DNA of 64,000 nucleotides from Octopus sinensis (Eukaryota). The notes below the pieces were generated by a model, which was not told where the DNA came from, searched no databases, and saw only the letters and a program-made list of their open reading frames with translations. Positions 1 through 11,145 of this stretch are shown in pieces; the first letter of the stretch is position 1; every line of letters begins with the position of its first letter. The stretch covers positions 57,722,001 to 57,786,000 of the forward strand of contig NC_043000.1 of NCBI RefSeq assembly GCF_006345805.1, in the 5' to 3' direction. The position numbers and the translations under genes were made by a program.

Positions 1-437
1 TGCTAAAAAGTTAATCACCTGACAAACAATTTCTTCCCCTAATTTTACTCAATGTCGCCTAATTCCACCCAGGTTTGCTGGCACAACTTCATGTACCTAC
101 CATGGTATAGATTTATTTTCATAGTTTCCTACACATACAAAGCCTACTCTATACATTTTAACACATGTATGTATACAACACATAAACTATATTTAACACA
201 CACACACACACACACATACACAACAAATGACTCTGACAATGGTAGCATTAATTCTCTAGGTTGTTCAATTTTCTCAACTGTTCAATGGGCTGATTGAGTA
301 AACCAATCAATTTATGAACCTATTATGACTACCAAAGAAGGTGTAAGTCAAATTTACTACAATAAAGAAATATGTAATGACCATTATATATGTCTGTCTG
401 TCTGTCTATCTATCTATCAATATATATATATACACAC

Positions 438-907
438 ACTAGAAGCTAAGCCTGGTTTCACCCAGTCGGTTTGGATGATGTGGCTGTAAAACCTGCTCTG
501 TGTAAGCATTCGACTTGTTTGGGCATGCTTATGTTAAAAAACAATTTTAGAATGACTTTTTTCTGTCAAACTGCTAAAAATAACTGACCAACAAAAAAAG
601 AAACCAACCAATATTCAACCAAATCAAAAACTAAACCCAAATATTAAGCAAACAAAGATGAACTATCTTACTTCCATTGCATGCACACATGCACACACAC
701 ACATGCACACACATTCACAAACATATATTCACACAGAGTTGAAATGCTGTTTGATTTATTTTTTAGCGTACAATTTTCATCATCCCACTACCAGGTATGA
801 CATCACCCCTTCCTTTCTCATTCATAAACACAAGAGTATTATTATAGCAGATTATCTTGGTAACCATGGGAGCTATGAAAAAAATACAAAGTCCAGCATC
901 ATCACCA
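438..907 (+). mobile_element. Non-autonomous repeat, possibly Helitron/Helentron-associated (DINE/HINE-like)
   Basis: Begins ACTAGAAGCTAAGCCTGGTTTCACCCAG (ACTAG plus short subterminal hairpin) and has an internal CA microsatellite. Segment 778-907 recurs at about 25717-25875. Confidence 0.4.
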
Positions 908-1577
908 GATGCTCTGAGAGTGTAGCTACTAGAATAAGAATCAGCTGGGTAAAGTTCAGGGAGCTTCTATCTTTGTTGGAAAAAGGACCTCTCCCTCAGA
1001 GTGGAAGGCAGATTATATGATACCAGTGTGCGAGCAGTCATGCTACATGGCAGTCAAACATGAGATGTGACTGCAGAGGACATGCAAAGGCTGAGGACAG
1101 CTGCATAAAGAAGCGCTGATCTCTAACTGTGGCGGGAACCCGTAGAAGAGGTAGACCCAAGAAGACATGGAATTAGGTGGTGAAGCATGACCTTTGAATG
1201 TGAGGTCTCATGGAGGTGATGACAAGTGATGATTTGCTGGGCTTGAGAAGATGCATCAAGCCAAGTGAAATTGTAGCTGTGGCCAGTGCCGGTGAGAGGT
1301 AACAGCATCCATGCCGGTGACACGTAAAAGCACCCATGCTGGTGACATGTAAAACACCACTGCTGGTAACACATAAAAGCACCTGTGCTGGTGACACGTA
1401 AAAAGGCACCCACTACACTCTCGGACTAGTTGGTGTTAGGAAGGGCATCCAGCTATAGAAACTAGGACATAGTCAGACTGGATCCTGGTGCAGCTATCTG
1501 GTTTGCCAGTTCCAATCAAACCATATAACCCATGCCAGTAATAAAAGCAGATGTCAAATGATAAGGGTGATGATGAT
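908..1577 (+). mobile_element. 5'-truncated RTE-clade LINE: C-terminal ORF fragment plus 3' UTR with ~23-bp tandem units
   Basis: CSESVATRIRISWVKFRELL and RRRGRPKKTW-like motifs with frameshifts; tandem CATGCYGGTGACACGTAAAAGCAC units; conserved tail ...AGGAAGGGCATCCAGC... ending in (GAT)n. Confidence 0.75.
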
Positions 1578-1831
1578 TTGTATGTGCATGTATTTGTGTA
1601 TATAGATACATATGTAATTGTGTAGCTATATAATTATATATCTATCTATATATCGCATGCAATTCTTAGTACTTAAGCCAGAGAATGCAATTTACAAAAA
1701 AATCAAAACTCTATGATTGTGTGATATATATATATATATATATATATATAGCATGTTTGCATTCTCTTTCCTTGTGTCTCTCATAAAAATTGAATGAATT
1801 ATATTAAAAGTGGATTTACTATTTGCATTTG

Positions 1832-1877
<46 letters not shown>

Positions 1878-2097
1878 GAGGTTAAAAGATACTTATGATG
1901 ATCTTAGGTATGTATTGCATGACTTACATCCAGGCAGGAAATGCCACAACTCTCTCTTTCTCTCTCTTTGTATACACACACACACACACACACATATATA
2001 TATGCATATGTTAATAATTGCTTATTTAGATATTAATATTTTGTGTTATCAGTGTTTAACAGATTAGATTGGGAAAGTGAGATCAGTGTGATGTCAG

Positions 2098-3070
2098 TAG
2101 ATATCAAGCTGTACCTCGAAATAAAGAGGACAGATCCTGTACACTAGATCTCTATTGCAAGCAGACCTGGACACAATGCAGCAGTGGATCATAGACTGGC
2201 AACTCAAGCTGGCTGTGGACAAATGTACCACCATGCATTTTGGGAAGAAAAACCCAGCGTCTACTTACTACCTCCACAACACTAATCTCAAAAAGTCTTC
2301 TTGTGAACGTGACCTGGGCATTATTATCGACAGCGATTTGCGTTGGACAAAACACATTGCTAAAATTGCCATGAAGGCTGAAGGTGTCTTGGCATCACTC
2401 ACCAAGTCCTTTGTGAGCCACTCTCCGGCTATCTATCAGCGGCTTTACATAGCTATGGTGCGACCTCACCTGGAATTTGCATCACTGGTCTGGAACCCCT
2501 ATCTTGCCCAGGATATTAATCGTCTGAAAGCCGTTCAGCAACGTGCAACCAAGAGAATACCCTCCATCAGGCATTTGCCATATTGTGAATGCCTTACTTC
2601 CCTGGGCATGGATACATTGAAACTCCAACGTCTGGCAGCTGACTTGGCTGACACCCATAAAATTATTAACAATTTTACAAACAATAACTTTGAGCACCTT
2701 TTCAAAATCCACCTGTCTAACACCCGTGGACATGTTTACAAAGTCAGAAAACAGCACAGCTCCCATGACTTTTGGAAACATTTTTTCACGCTATGAATTG
2801 CTGAAGTATAGAACAAACTGCTGGCATCAGTTGTTAGTTGTCAGAGCACTGCATCCTTCAAAACTTCCATGCTTCCTGAGATTCGCCAACACTACACCTG
2901 ATTTTCTCCCCTCCATACACACACAAGCATGTATCTGACTCATACACTGTTCACTTTCCAGACATTTGTACATTACTGCATATACTTTATACACACTTTT
3001 TGACAAGTTGTGGTGCACCTGAGCACTGTATACAATAATTTCATTATTATCATTATTATTTATTATTATT
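2098..3070 (+). mobile_element. 5'-truncated CR1/L2-type LINE (reverse transcriptase C-terminus, 3' UTR, (ATT)n tail)
   Basis: ORF 2155-2796 contains ERDLGIIIDSDL, LYIAMVRPHLEFASLVWNPY, VQQRATK, TRGH and HFFT motifs, starting just after a DIKLY remnant of the YADD region; (ATT)n tail at about 3043-3070. Confidence 0.9.
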
Positions 3071-3873
3071 ACAAAAACATTGTAGCTGTCCTTAAGTTGT
3101 GTTCTGATGATCAGATATGCTGTGATGCTTTTATTTTTAATGAATTAAGTGTTAATAGGAGATTTTAATGGGAATCAAAAGAAAGTCCCAGAATGATCTA
3201 TTTACCAATTGCAATACTAGATAGAATCTAAATGTGACAAGTGCTTATTGATTTAGAGAGAAATATTGTCTTGGTGAAAAAGACGAAGAGGAAGAGAGCA
3301 AGTAGCAATCAGTTTATCAGTTTATCCTGTCTCTTTTGGTGCAATATTAGGTGAGAGAAAGAGATGGAAGAGGCAAACAAAGAGAGATACAGGGTGGGGA
3401 AAAGGTAGGAAACAACTTAATTGATTAACTCTAATGAAATGGGCAAATGAAACCTTAGTAAACCTTCAAAGTTGCCTTTGTTAGAGCTAACAAATTCTGG
3501 ATGATTTTTCTCTGAAAGACAACTAGACTGAGTTATTGTGTTACGAAATGTAATTTGATCGTTTAATACAACTTTGTGAATTTCTGAACTGGAAATCAAA
3601 GTGGAAACAAGTATTAGGGTGATTAATAGTCAAGAATGTTTTATAAGCAAAATCTTAAAAAGTTCATATGTTCCTATATATGTATATATTGTTTATATTC
3701 TATGCATATATTTATGTATGTGTATATGTGTGTGTACTCACACATGCACACACACACACGCACACACATATATACACATAAATTTACACTCATGCTTAAC
3801 TATATACATACATTAATGAAACATACCAATTAACTGGATTTCAGGTATCTGTCTGGTCTGTGTATATATATAT

Positions 3874-4112
3874 ATCTGTAAATGTAATATATGACAATTA
3901 TTCAGTAGCCATGATAAAACTCCGATTTTTGGACGCTGAGGTGGAAATCCAACTGAAGAGATGGCGGCGTGGATTTCCACCTTGGCATCTGAAACTCAGA
4001 GTTCTATCATGGCTACCGAATAATTGTCACATATTACATTTCCAGATAAATTCCTCTATTTACATAATATCGAGGTCTCTTTCTTCTTTTGTTGTCTTGC
4101 CATTTTTATCAA
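3874..4112 (+). mobile_element. Fold-back element with tail and degenerate hammerhead-like motif (Penelope pLTR-like)
   Basis: Inverted arms 3874-3951 and 3970-4047, tail to 4112, flanked by (TA)n. CTGAAGA at 3953-3959, GATG...CATC stem, GAAACTCAGAGTT at 3991-4003. Confidence 0.65.
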
Positions 4113-4135
4113 TATATATATATATAATATATATA

Positions 4136-4200
<65 letters not shown>

Positions 4201-4858
4201 TAGATAGATAGATAGATAATACCAGGATACAATTATTTTTCTAAAAAGAGGTTGCATTCATAGAGACACAACTAGAAGTATAATTAACAGGAAGAAAATA
4301 AGGGGAAAATGAAGGTATAAAAAGTTCACAGTATATAATTGGGTGAATTGCAGGAACAATGGAACTACATATTGCTATTATTAAATGATTCCACAACATT
4401 GCAAATCAATCCTTCTGCAGATTCACCCAATTTGATATTATGGACTTTTATTTGTCCAGCTCTAAATATTCTCTGAAAGCCTTATGTTTTGGGAGAGAAT
4501 TCATGACTTAGCAATCTAGAAAGCAAGATAATAATGAATGCTAAGCAGTTACTGCTAAGGCTATGTCTCTGTGTTGTAACTGAGTTCTAAGTCAGCCTAG
4601 ATTGAGCAGATCTATATGGTTCATAATTATCATCATAGGGTGTGTCACTGTGCTACAGTACTGAACCAACTGCTCTAGCACAAGTATTCTATAATCTTCT
4701 TTTTCTCATACTCAGAATTCTTGAAGCATGGAATTAGCTACCTGCATCAGTTGTTAGCTGTCAGGACACTGCATCCTTCAAAAATTCCATGGATGTACAT
4801 TGTGCTACAGTGCTGAACCTATTGCTCTGGTATAAATATTACAATCTTTGTTTCTGCC

Positions 4859-4897
<39 letters not shown>

Positions 4898-5133
4898 GTA
4901 ATGTTGTTGATGATGGTGATGATGATAATGATAGACAGAAACAAATGTATATTTAAATCTTCAACAAATTAGCACCAAACTATATCATAGTACTGCAGGA
5001 ACAGAATTGCATGTATGCATACATACATACTTACGTATGTACATACATACATACATACATACGTATGTATGTATGTACACATATGTATGTATGTATGTAC
5101 GTACATATCATGAACTAACTGTTACTTTCTCAT

Positions 5134-5332
5134 ATGCAGCACAGAATTTTGTCAGTGAACAGGTCCTGGTCTCAAAGCGACAAAAATATTTTGGCAAATT
5201 AAATTTAAATGTTGAAGTGAATCTAACGGCTTTTGTGTGTTTTTAAATGGCTTATAAACACCTTCCATGCTGCAATTGTTTTTGTTCCAGTACACTATCT
5301 CAGATCAGGTCACTTGCTATGCAAGTACATCT
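5134..5332 (+). mobile_element. Single-arm copy of the 26300-26636 family (G3:C8 hammerhead-like motif, GAAA mutated)
   Basis: Aligns by eye to the right arm and tail of 26438-26636: TTTGTCA GTGAACAG GTCCT..GCGAC AAAA ATATTT TGGCAAA. Confidence 0.8.
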
Positions 5333-5392
5333 CCAGAATTATAATAAATTTCAGTTAATGAATTTTCACCAAATATATATACATATATATAT

Positions 5393-5549
5393 ACTACACT
5401 ACACCTGATTTTCTCCCCTCCATACACACACAAGCATGTATCTGACTCATACATTGTTCACTTTCCAGACATTTGTACATTACTGCATATACTTTATACA
5501 CACTTTCTGACAAGTTGTGGTGCACCTGAGCACTATATACAATAATTTC

Positions 5550-5573
<24 letters not shown>
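5393..5573 (+). mobile_element. CR1-type LINE 3' UTR fragment (same family as 2098-3070)
   Basis: Near-identical to about 2890-3070, including the (ATT)n tail. A further fragment lies at about 4715-4791. Confidence 0.85.
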
Positions 5574-5590
<17 letters not shown>

Positions 5591-6494
5591 TATATACAGT
5601 TTAACAAACACAGAATGTCTGGATGTTTGTGAGAGCAAGTATGTGTGTATGTGTGAGTGCACATGCATGTATGTGTGTTTCTGTACATGAATGCATGTGG
5701 ACAGGTGTGTGTACATGTCTGTGAGTATGATCCTCTGTGTGTGCGTGTGTGTGTGTGTCTGTGAGATCATGTATTTGTGTATATTTGCAGGAATAATGTG
5801 TGTGTTACAAATTTTAAACTTATGCAGAAATGTTTCAGTTGTCCAGGCAAAAGTATAAAACTAACCATTATTAGTGTAGAAGCAGGAAATATGGTGTGTT
5901 AGACAAGAACCAAGAGTCAATGAAGTTGTTATGAGAACAAATGACCAATGGTCTTCGAAGTAGAGTTTTATTTAAAAAATTTTTTTTGTAGCATTTCAAT
6001 TTTTTTTTTATCAAATAAGTCAACATTAAAGAAGCTGGTCAGTGAGATTGGGCTTACATATACAAAGAGAAAATAAAGGTTATTGTTAATTATGGCGATG
6101 GTGGTTGTGGTGTAGTTGATACTGGTGGTTGTGGTGTAGTTGATACTGGTGGTGGTGGTGGTTTTGTTACTGGTGGTAATGGAAGTTTCATACTGATGAA
6201 GGTGGAGACAGTCTTCATGGTGGTGTTGGTATTGCAGATCCTAGTGAGGATGCTGGTTTTGTTACAGGTGGCAGTGGTAGTGTTGGTGGGGTAATGGTGA
6301 CAGTGGGGTCATCATTAGTGACAATGGCAGTTTTGATATCTCTAATGATGACAGTATATATGATGCTGATGCTATGATGCTATTCCTAGTAGTCTAAGTA
6401 ATGTTGTGACTGGTAGTGTAGGTGATGGTGTTACTAGTAATGCTGGTATTGTTCTTATTGATTGTGATGGTGTTTGTGTTTACTGGTGATAATA

Positions 6495-6645
6495 ATGGCC
6501 AGCAATGTTGGGGGACAGGGTAAGTCAATTACATCAACCTCAGTGTTCAACTAGTACTTATTTTATCGACCCTGAAAGGATGAAAGGCAAAGTCGACCCT
6601 AGTGGAATTTGAAATCAGAACATAAAAATGGACAAAATACTGCTA
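6495..6645 (-). mobile_element. SINE with Nin-like central domain (partial)
   Basis: Reverse complement of GACTTTGCCTTTCATCCTTTCGGGGTCGATAAAATAAGTACCAG core shared with 31890-32107. Confidence 0.75.
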
Positions 6646-7324
6646 GTAGTGTTTGTATTGGTGGTGACAGTGATACGGTTTAGCCTTAAAGAAGTCCTAA
6701 GCAAGCACACCTAAGTTCAAAGGAGCTCTAGCAGTGACTATACCATCTCATTCTTAGGCACAAATGTATCTTGGGCTACATTATGCATGTGTGCCTTTTT
6801 TAAAAAAAGTCATAAAATGTGATTTGAAGATTTGGCTATTATCTTTTGCAGGTCAAGCAGGTGCATAAAGGCATCCTCTTCTGATGTTGGTGTTGTTGTT
6901 TAACTCCACATTAGCCCTGATCCTGTTCGCCTATGATCAAAGACATTTCAGATGTGATGAACCATCTTGTTAGGGGTATGTGGCATGACATTATCTAATG
7001 TGTCCTTCTCTTACTTAAGGTAGGAAGGATTTGCGTTGTTTTTTCTAGTTGGCTGAGTGAACGTGTATTGGGTCCCTCCTATTGATACTGATAGTATTGG
7101 TAGTGGTGCTGTTGTTAATAGTGGTTGCACTGCTGTTGTTAGTGTTGGCTGTGCTTTTGCTGTTGAGTGTTGTTATTATGTTGTTGTTCTTCTGTTGCTA
7201 TTTACCCCTACTGCACTCTTGCAAATTAGCCCCAAAAGGAGCAGACTTTTGATCAAAAGCATTCTAGACATGTCTATTCCCTACATCAATCTTCGGCTGA
7301 GTGTTCCTAATCTTGTAGGCTCAT

Positions 7325-7561
7325 GGGTGCCAGTGTCATATAAAAAGCAACCATGCTGGTACCGTGTAAAAGTATCCATGCTGGTGCTGCATAAAAGCAC
7401 CCAGTACATTCTGTGAAGAGGTTGGTATTATAAAGGACATCAAGCTGAAGAAACCATACCAAAACAGACACGGAGCCTGGGCAGCACTCCAGCTGGCCAG
7501 CTCTTGTCACACCATCCAAGTAAACATGGATGTTAAATGATGACAATGACGATGATGATGA
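7325..7561 (+). mobile_element. RTE 3'-tail-derived repeat, degenerate
   Basis: TAAAAGCACCC units and (GAT)n end, homologous to 1300-1577. Confidence 0.65.
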
Positions 7562-7722
7562 CATTCTTCCATTTTTTTTTTAAAGATGGTTGAGTATACT
7601 ATGAGAGATATTTGAGGGTTACTTCTTGTAGGTTAAATGAATCTGTAGAGGCTGCCTTGACTTGAATCATGCAATGCCTACAGCAGCTCACTTATCCAAG
7701 CACTCACCCATTTAAGTACTAG

Positions 7723-8295
7723 AAGACCTGTTGAGGCAAGTGAAATTGAAATCAAATTCAATGACTGGCATCCGTGCTAGCGGGATGCAAAGAGCACCAT
7801 ACGAGTGTGACCGTTGACAGAGCGGCTAACTGGCTTCCGTGCCAGTGGCACATAAAAGGCACCATTCAAGTGTGATCATTACCAGCGTCACCTTACTGGC
7901 ACTTGTGCCCTGTGCTAGTTGGGTGCTAAGAGCACCATCTGAGCGTGATCGTTGCCAGAGCAGCTAACTGGCTTCCGTGCTGGTGGCACATAAAAGGCAC
8001 CGTTCGAGCGTGATCGTTACCAGCGTCGCCTTACTGGCACCTGTGCTGGTGGCATGCGTAACAAGATTTGAGCAAGGTCGTTGCCAGTACTGCCTGACTG
8101 GCCCCCATGCCGGTGGCATGTAAAAGCACCCACTACACTCTCAGAGTAGTTGGCGTTAGGAAGGGCATCCAGCTGTAGAAACTCAGCTAGATCAAGATTG
8201 GAGCCTGGTGCAGCCATCTGGTTCGCCAGCCCTCAGTCAAATCGTCCAACCCATGCTAGCATGGAAAGTGGACGTTAAATGATGATGATGATGAT
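7723..8295 (+). mobile_element. RTE 3'-UTR-type repeat with internal ~135-bp tandem duplication
   Basis: Units at about 7773-7908 and 7911-8047; tail TTGGCGTTAGGAAGGGCATCCAGCTGTAGAAA...GGACGTTAAAT(GAT)n as at 1410-1577. Confidence 0.75.
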
Positions 8296-8402
8296 AATAA
8301 GCAAAACTGTGGGTGAGCAGAACTGTAGAGTTTAGTACGGCTTTCTGACTTGTGAGCTACTCTTAAACCATCCAACCCATGCCAGTATGGAAAAACAAAC
8401 AG

Positions 8403-8622
8403 TAATCCTTTAGCCTTCATATTACTCTGCCAAATGTAATGCTTATTTATTCACATCGATTTGGATTAGTCATGCATTACCTTATAACTTTGAGATTTCG
8501 ATAACATGATTATTCATCTCTAGAATAATATTGCAGAATACGTATGAGAGGCCAGATCTGGTCAGTTTGAACATAAAACAGGCAGAATATTTGGGCTGGA
8601 TATGGCTGGTTTAAATTCTAAA
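8403..8622 (+). mobile_element. Short dispersed repeat, possible piggyBac-like MITE (related copies at about 40415-40562 + and 44101-44262 -)
   Basis: Shared ATTACTCTG..AAATGTAATGCTTATTTATTCAC core; termini resemble decayed TTAACCCTTTAGC...GCTAAAGGGTTAA. Confidence 0.45.
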
Positions 8623-9147
8623 TGATGACAATGATGGATATGAATGGGCAAGAACTGTTGTTTTTAAAGTGATATGGCTTTACACTGTTGGTGTTGTTGC
8701 TCTAGAACAGTGATTCCCAAGCTTTTTTGGGCTGCCTTCCCTTTGGCACCTAGACCACATTCCTAACACCTTTCCCACTCACCACCACTGCCACCGCCTT
8801 TGCCACCACCGCCAACTGCTACAGAAGATAGATTTTGTGTTATTGTTGTCGTGTTTGAGCCTCAAGTCAGCTCTCATTGAATAAATAGATCTATGACCAA
8901 AGGTATTCCAGCCATGACCATCTTGTCTTTTCTATGTACAGGGAACCCAGAACCTCATCAAGTGACATGTTCGACTTTAAGAGGGCACAGTGTGGTATGA
9001 GGGAGATTTCACTGCTATTTCTAGTGAGTCCAATACTTTATATAATGGCTCTCTGATGGTAGTTGTATTATTATTGGTTGGGTTGTGAGTATTGTTAGTG
9101 ATGGTGTGGGTGCTGTTAATAGTAACATCGGTAGGGATAAGAAAGAA

Positions 9148-9187
<40 letters not shown>

Positions 9188-9224
9188 TCACCAACCAATC
9201 TGAAGATGTAAGAATTCTACTTAC

Positions 9225-9475
9225 TTGGAGAAACATGGAGGTGTACAGCACCAGCAGAAGCAGCATGTTGTTGAAAATCGTCTTTCTCGTGTATGGGTTG
9301 GGGAACTTGTTGGACTAACAGCTTCTTCGGGCGATTCATTCTGAGGTGTCTGTTGCTGGACTGGTTGGTCTTTTGTCTCTTTGCTCTCTTTGTTATCTTT
9401 GCTGGGCCGATTGCTCCTCATGCGGACATCATTTTCATTGATTGCCGGTGACTGGTTACGCATCATGGTGGTCAT
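9225..9475 (-). CDS. Coding exon of a probable RZ-family regulator of G-protein signalling (RGS17/19/20-like); N-terminal region with cysteine string
   Basis: Acceptor ...gttgcag|ATG at 9475 and donor TCCAA|gtaagt at 9225/9224; 251 nt, ends in phase 2. Encodes MTTMMRNQSPAINEND...TRERRFSTTCCFCWCCTPPCFS. CCFCWCC matches the palmitoylated cysteine string of RZ-family RGS proteins. No RGS-box exon was recognised in the window, so family assignment rests on the motif. Confidence 0.72.
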
Positions 9476-9570
9476 CTGCAACCGTGACAACAAAAACATC
9501 AACAAATAATTCATTCAATTGACACAGTATAGAAAACAGGTAGGAGACATCTAAAGTGATATATATATAT

Positions 9571-9601
<31 letters not shown>

Positions 9602-9756
9602 GTGTGTATGTATATATATGAGTATGTATGTATGTGCATATAATTATATATATGTATATATGTGTATATATACAGGGTGCAATGGGTAAATTGTTGCCAT
9701 TTTATATTTTTTATTTTGCACATGCACTCATACATTGTCTTTGATGGGAGAGTCCA

Positions 9757-9788
<32 letters not shown>

Positions 9789-9967
9789 GTTAAAAATAAT
9801 GGTCATTACATATTTTTCCTTTATTGGAGCAAATTTGGCTTACAGCTGTTTCCAGTAGTCATTATAGGTACATTACTGATAGGTTTACTCAATTGGTCCA
9901 TTGATCAATTAAGGCAAATTGAATGACTTAAGAAAATTAATGCTACCTTCATGAAAGCCATTTCTGG

Positions 9968-10019
<52 letters not shown>

Positions 10020-10020
10020 T

Positions 10021-10089
<69 letters not shown>

Positions 10090-10090
10090 G

Positions 10091-10558
10091 AGAATAATGG
10101 AAAATGGAGACATGCTCAAGATGTTATTTAAATCATTTATATCACCATATCACTGACATATGTTTTGATAGATGCATTAAAATAAATCCTAGAGGAAGAA
10201 TAATGTGGAAAAATGCTTCAATCTCATCAGAGAGGATATAAACAACAGTATTCATCAATAAGTCATTTTACAGATGTAAAAATGACTTATTGATGAGCAC
10301 TGTTGATTATATCCTCCCTGATGAGATTGATTTATTTTAATGCATCTATCGAAACATATGTCAGTGATATGGGGATATAAATGATTAAAATAACATCTTG
10401 AGTGTTTTCTCCATTTTCCATAATTCTTATGTCTCCAAAACTCATCTCCCTTCTCCCCGTAATTAATTCCCATGCAAGTATGATTACTAATTCCTTAGGT
10501 GCTTATGTGATATTTAGCTATCTTGTAAGTGTTCCTTTGGATTTTTCCTTGTAAACTG

Positions 10559-10562
<4 letters not shown>
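10091..10562 (+). mobile_element. Fold-back element with tail and hammerhead-like motif (Penelope pLTR-like)
   Basis: Inverted arms 10091-10271 and 10276-10427, unpaired tail to about 10562, lying between (GATA)n and (TA)n tracts. Confidence 0.75.
10309..10370 (+). ncRNA. Minimal type-I hammerhead ribozyme motif, canonical core, GUC site
   Basis: CTGATGA (10318-10324), stem II GATTGAT/ATCTATC, GAAAC ATAT GTC (10351-10362). Palindromic ACATATGT stem III; stem I imperfect. Confidence 0.7.
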
Positions 10563-10608
<46 letters not shown>

Positions 10609-10707
10609 ATATATATACATACATAAATATATATACATATATATACATACATAAATATATATACATATATATATACACACATACACACACACATATATAT
10701 AATACAT

Positions 10708-10750
<43 letters not shown>

Positions 10751-10964
10751 AATATATATATTAAAATAACACACACACATACACACATATAAGCATACAT
10801 AACATGTATGTGTAAATACTTGTAAATATGTGAAATTTATTCTAAGAAATGAGTACCAAAAGTTCAAGTCCACTTCCTTCTTGACAGTGCAATATAGGAG
10901 TGTGTTTCAATAGTCAGACCACAGTTACAGACTTACTTGCTGAAGAAGAAGGAGTTAATATTGC

Positions 10965-11145
10965 TTTCAAATTTTGGCACAAAGCAGGTATTGTGGGGCA
11001 ATGTGTGTGTTGATAACATTGATCTCAATGCTCAACTGGTACATATTTTATCAATCTTGGCAGCGTTTCAACTCAGGATGTAAAGTCGGAAGAAATGCTG
11101 CTAAGCATTTTTTCTGTTGTGGTAACGATTCTGCCAGCTTGCTGC
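10965..11145 (-). mobile_element. Nin-type SINE, degenerate with internal deletion
   Basis: TTTCAAATTTTGGCACAA...GCTAAGCATTT...AACGATTCTGCCAGCT matches the reverse complement of the 31890-32107 family. Confidence 0.65.

Noticed and set aside
1300-1410. Short regularly spaced repeats resembling a CRISPR array
   Set aside because: No unique spacers, eukaryotic context, and they belong to a LINE 3' UTR.
3417-3599. Possible next RGS exon on the minus strand (acceptor gtctttcag at 3512-3520)
   Set aside because: The phase-2 continuation reaches TAG within 8 codons and shows no RGS similarity.
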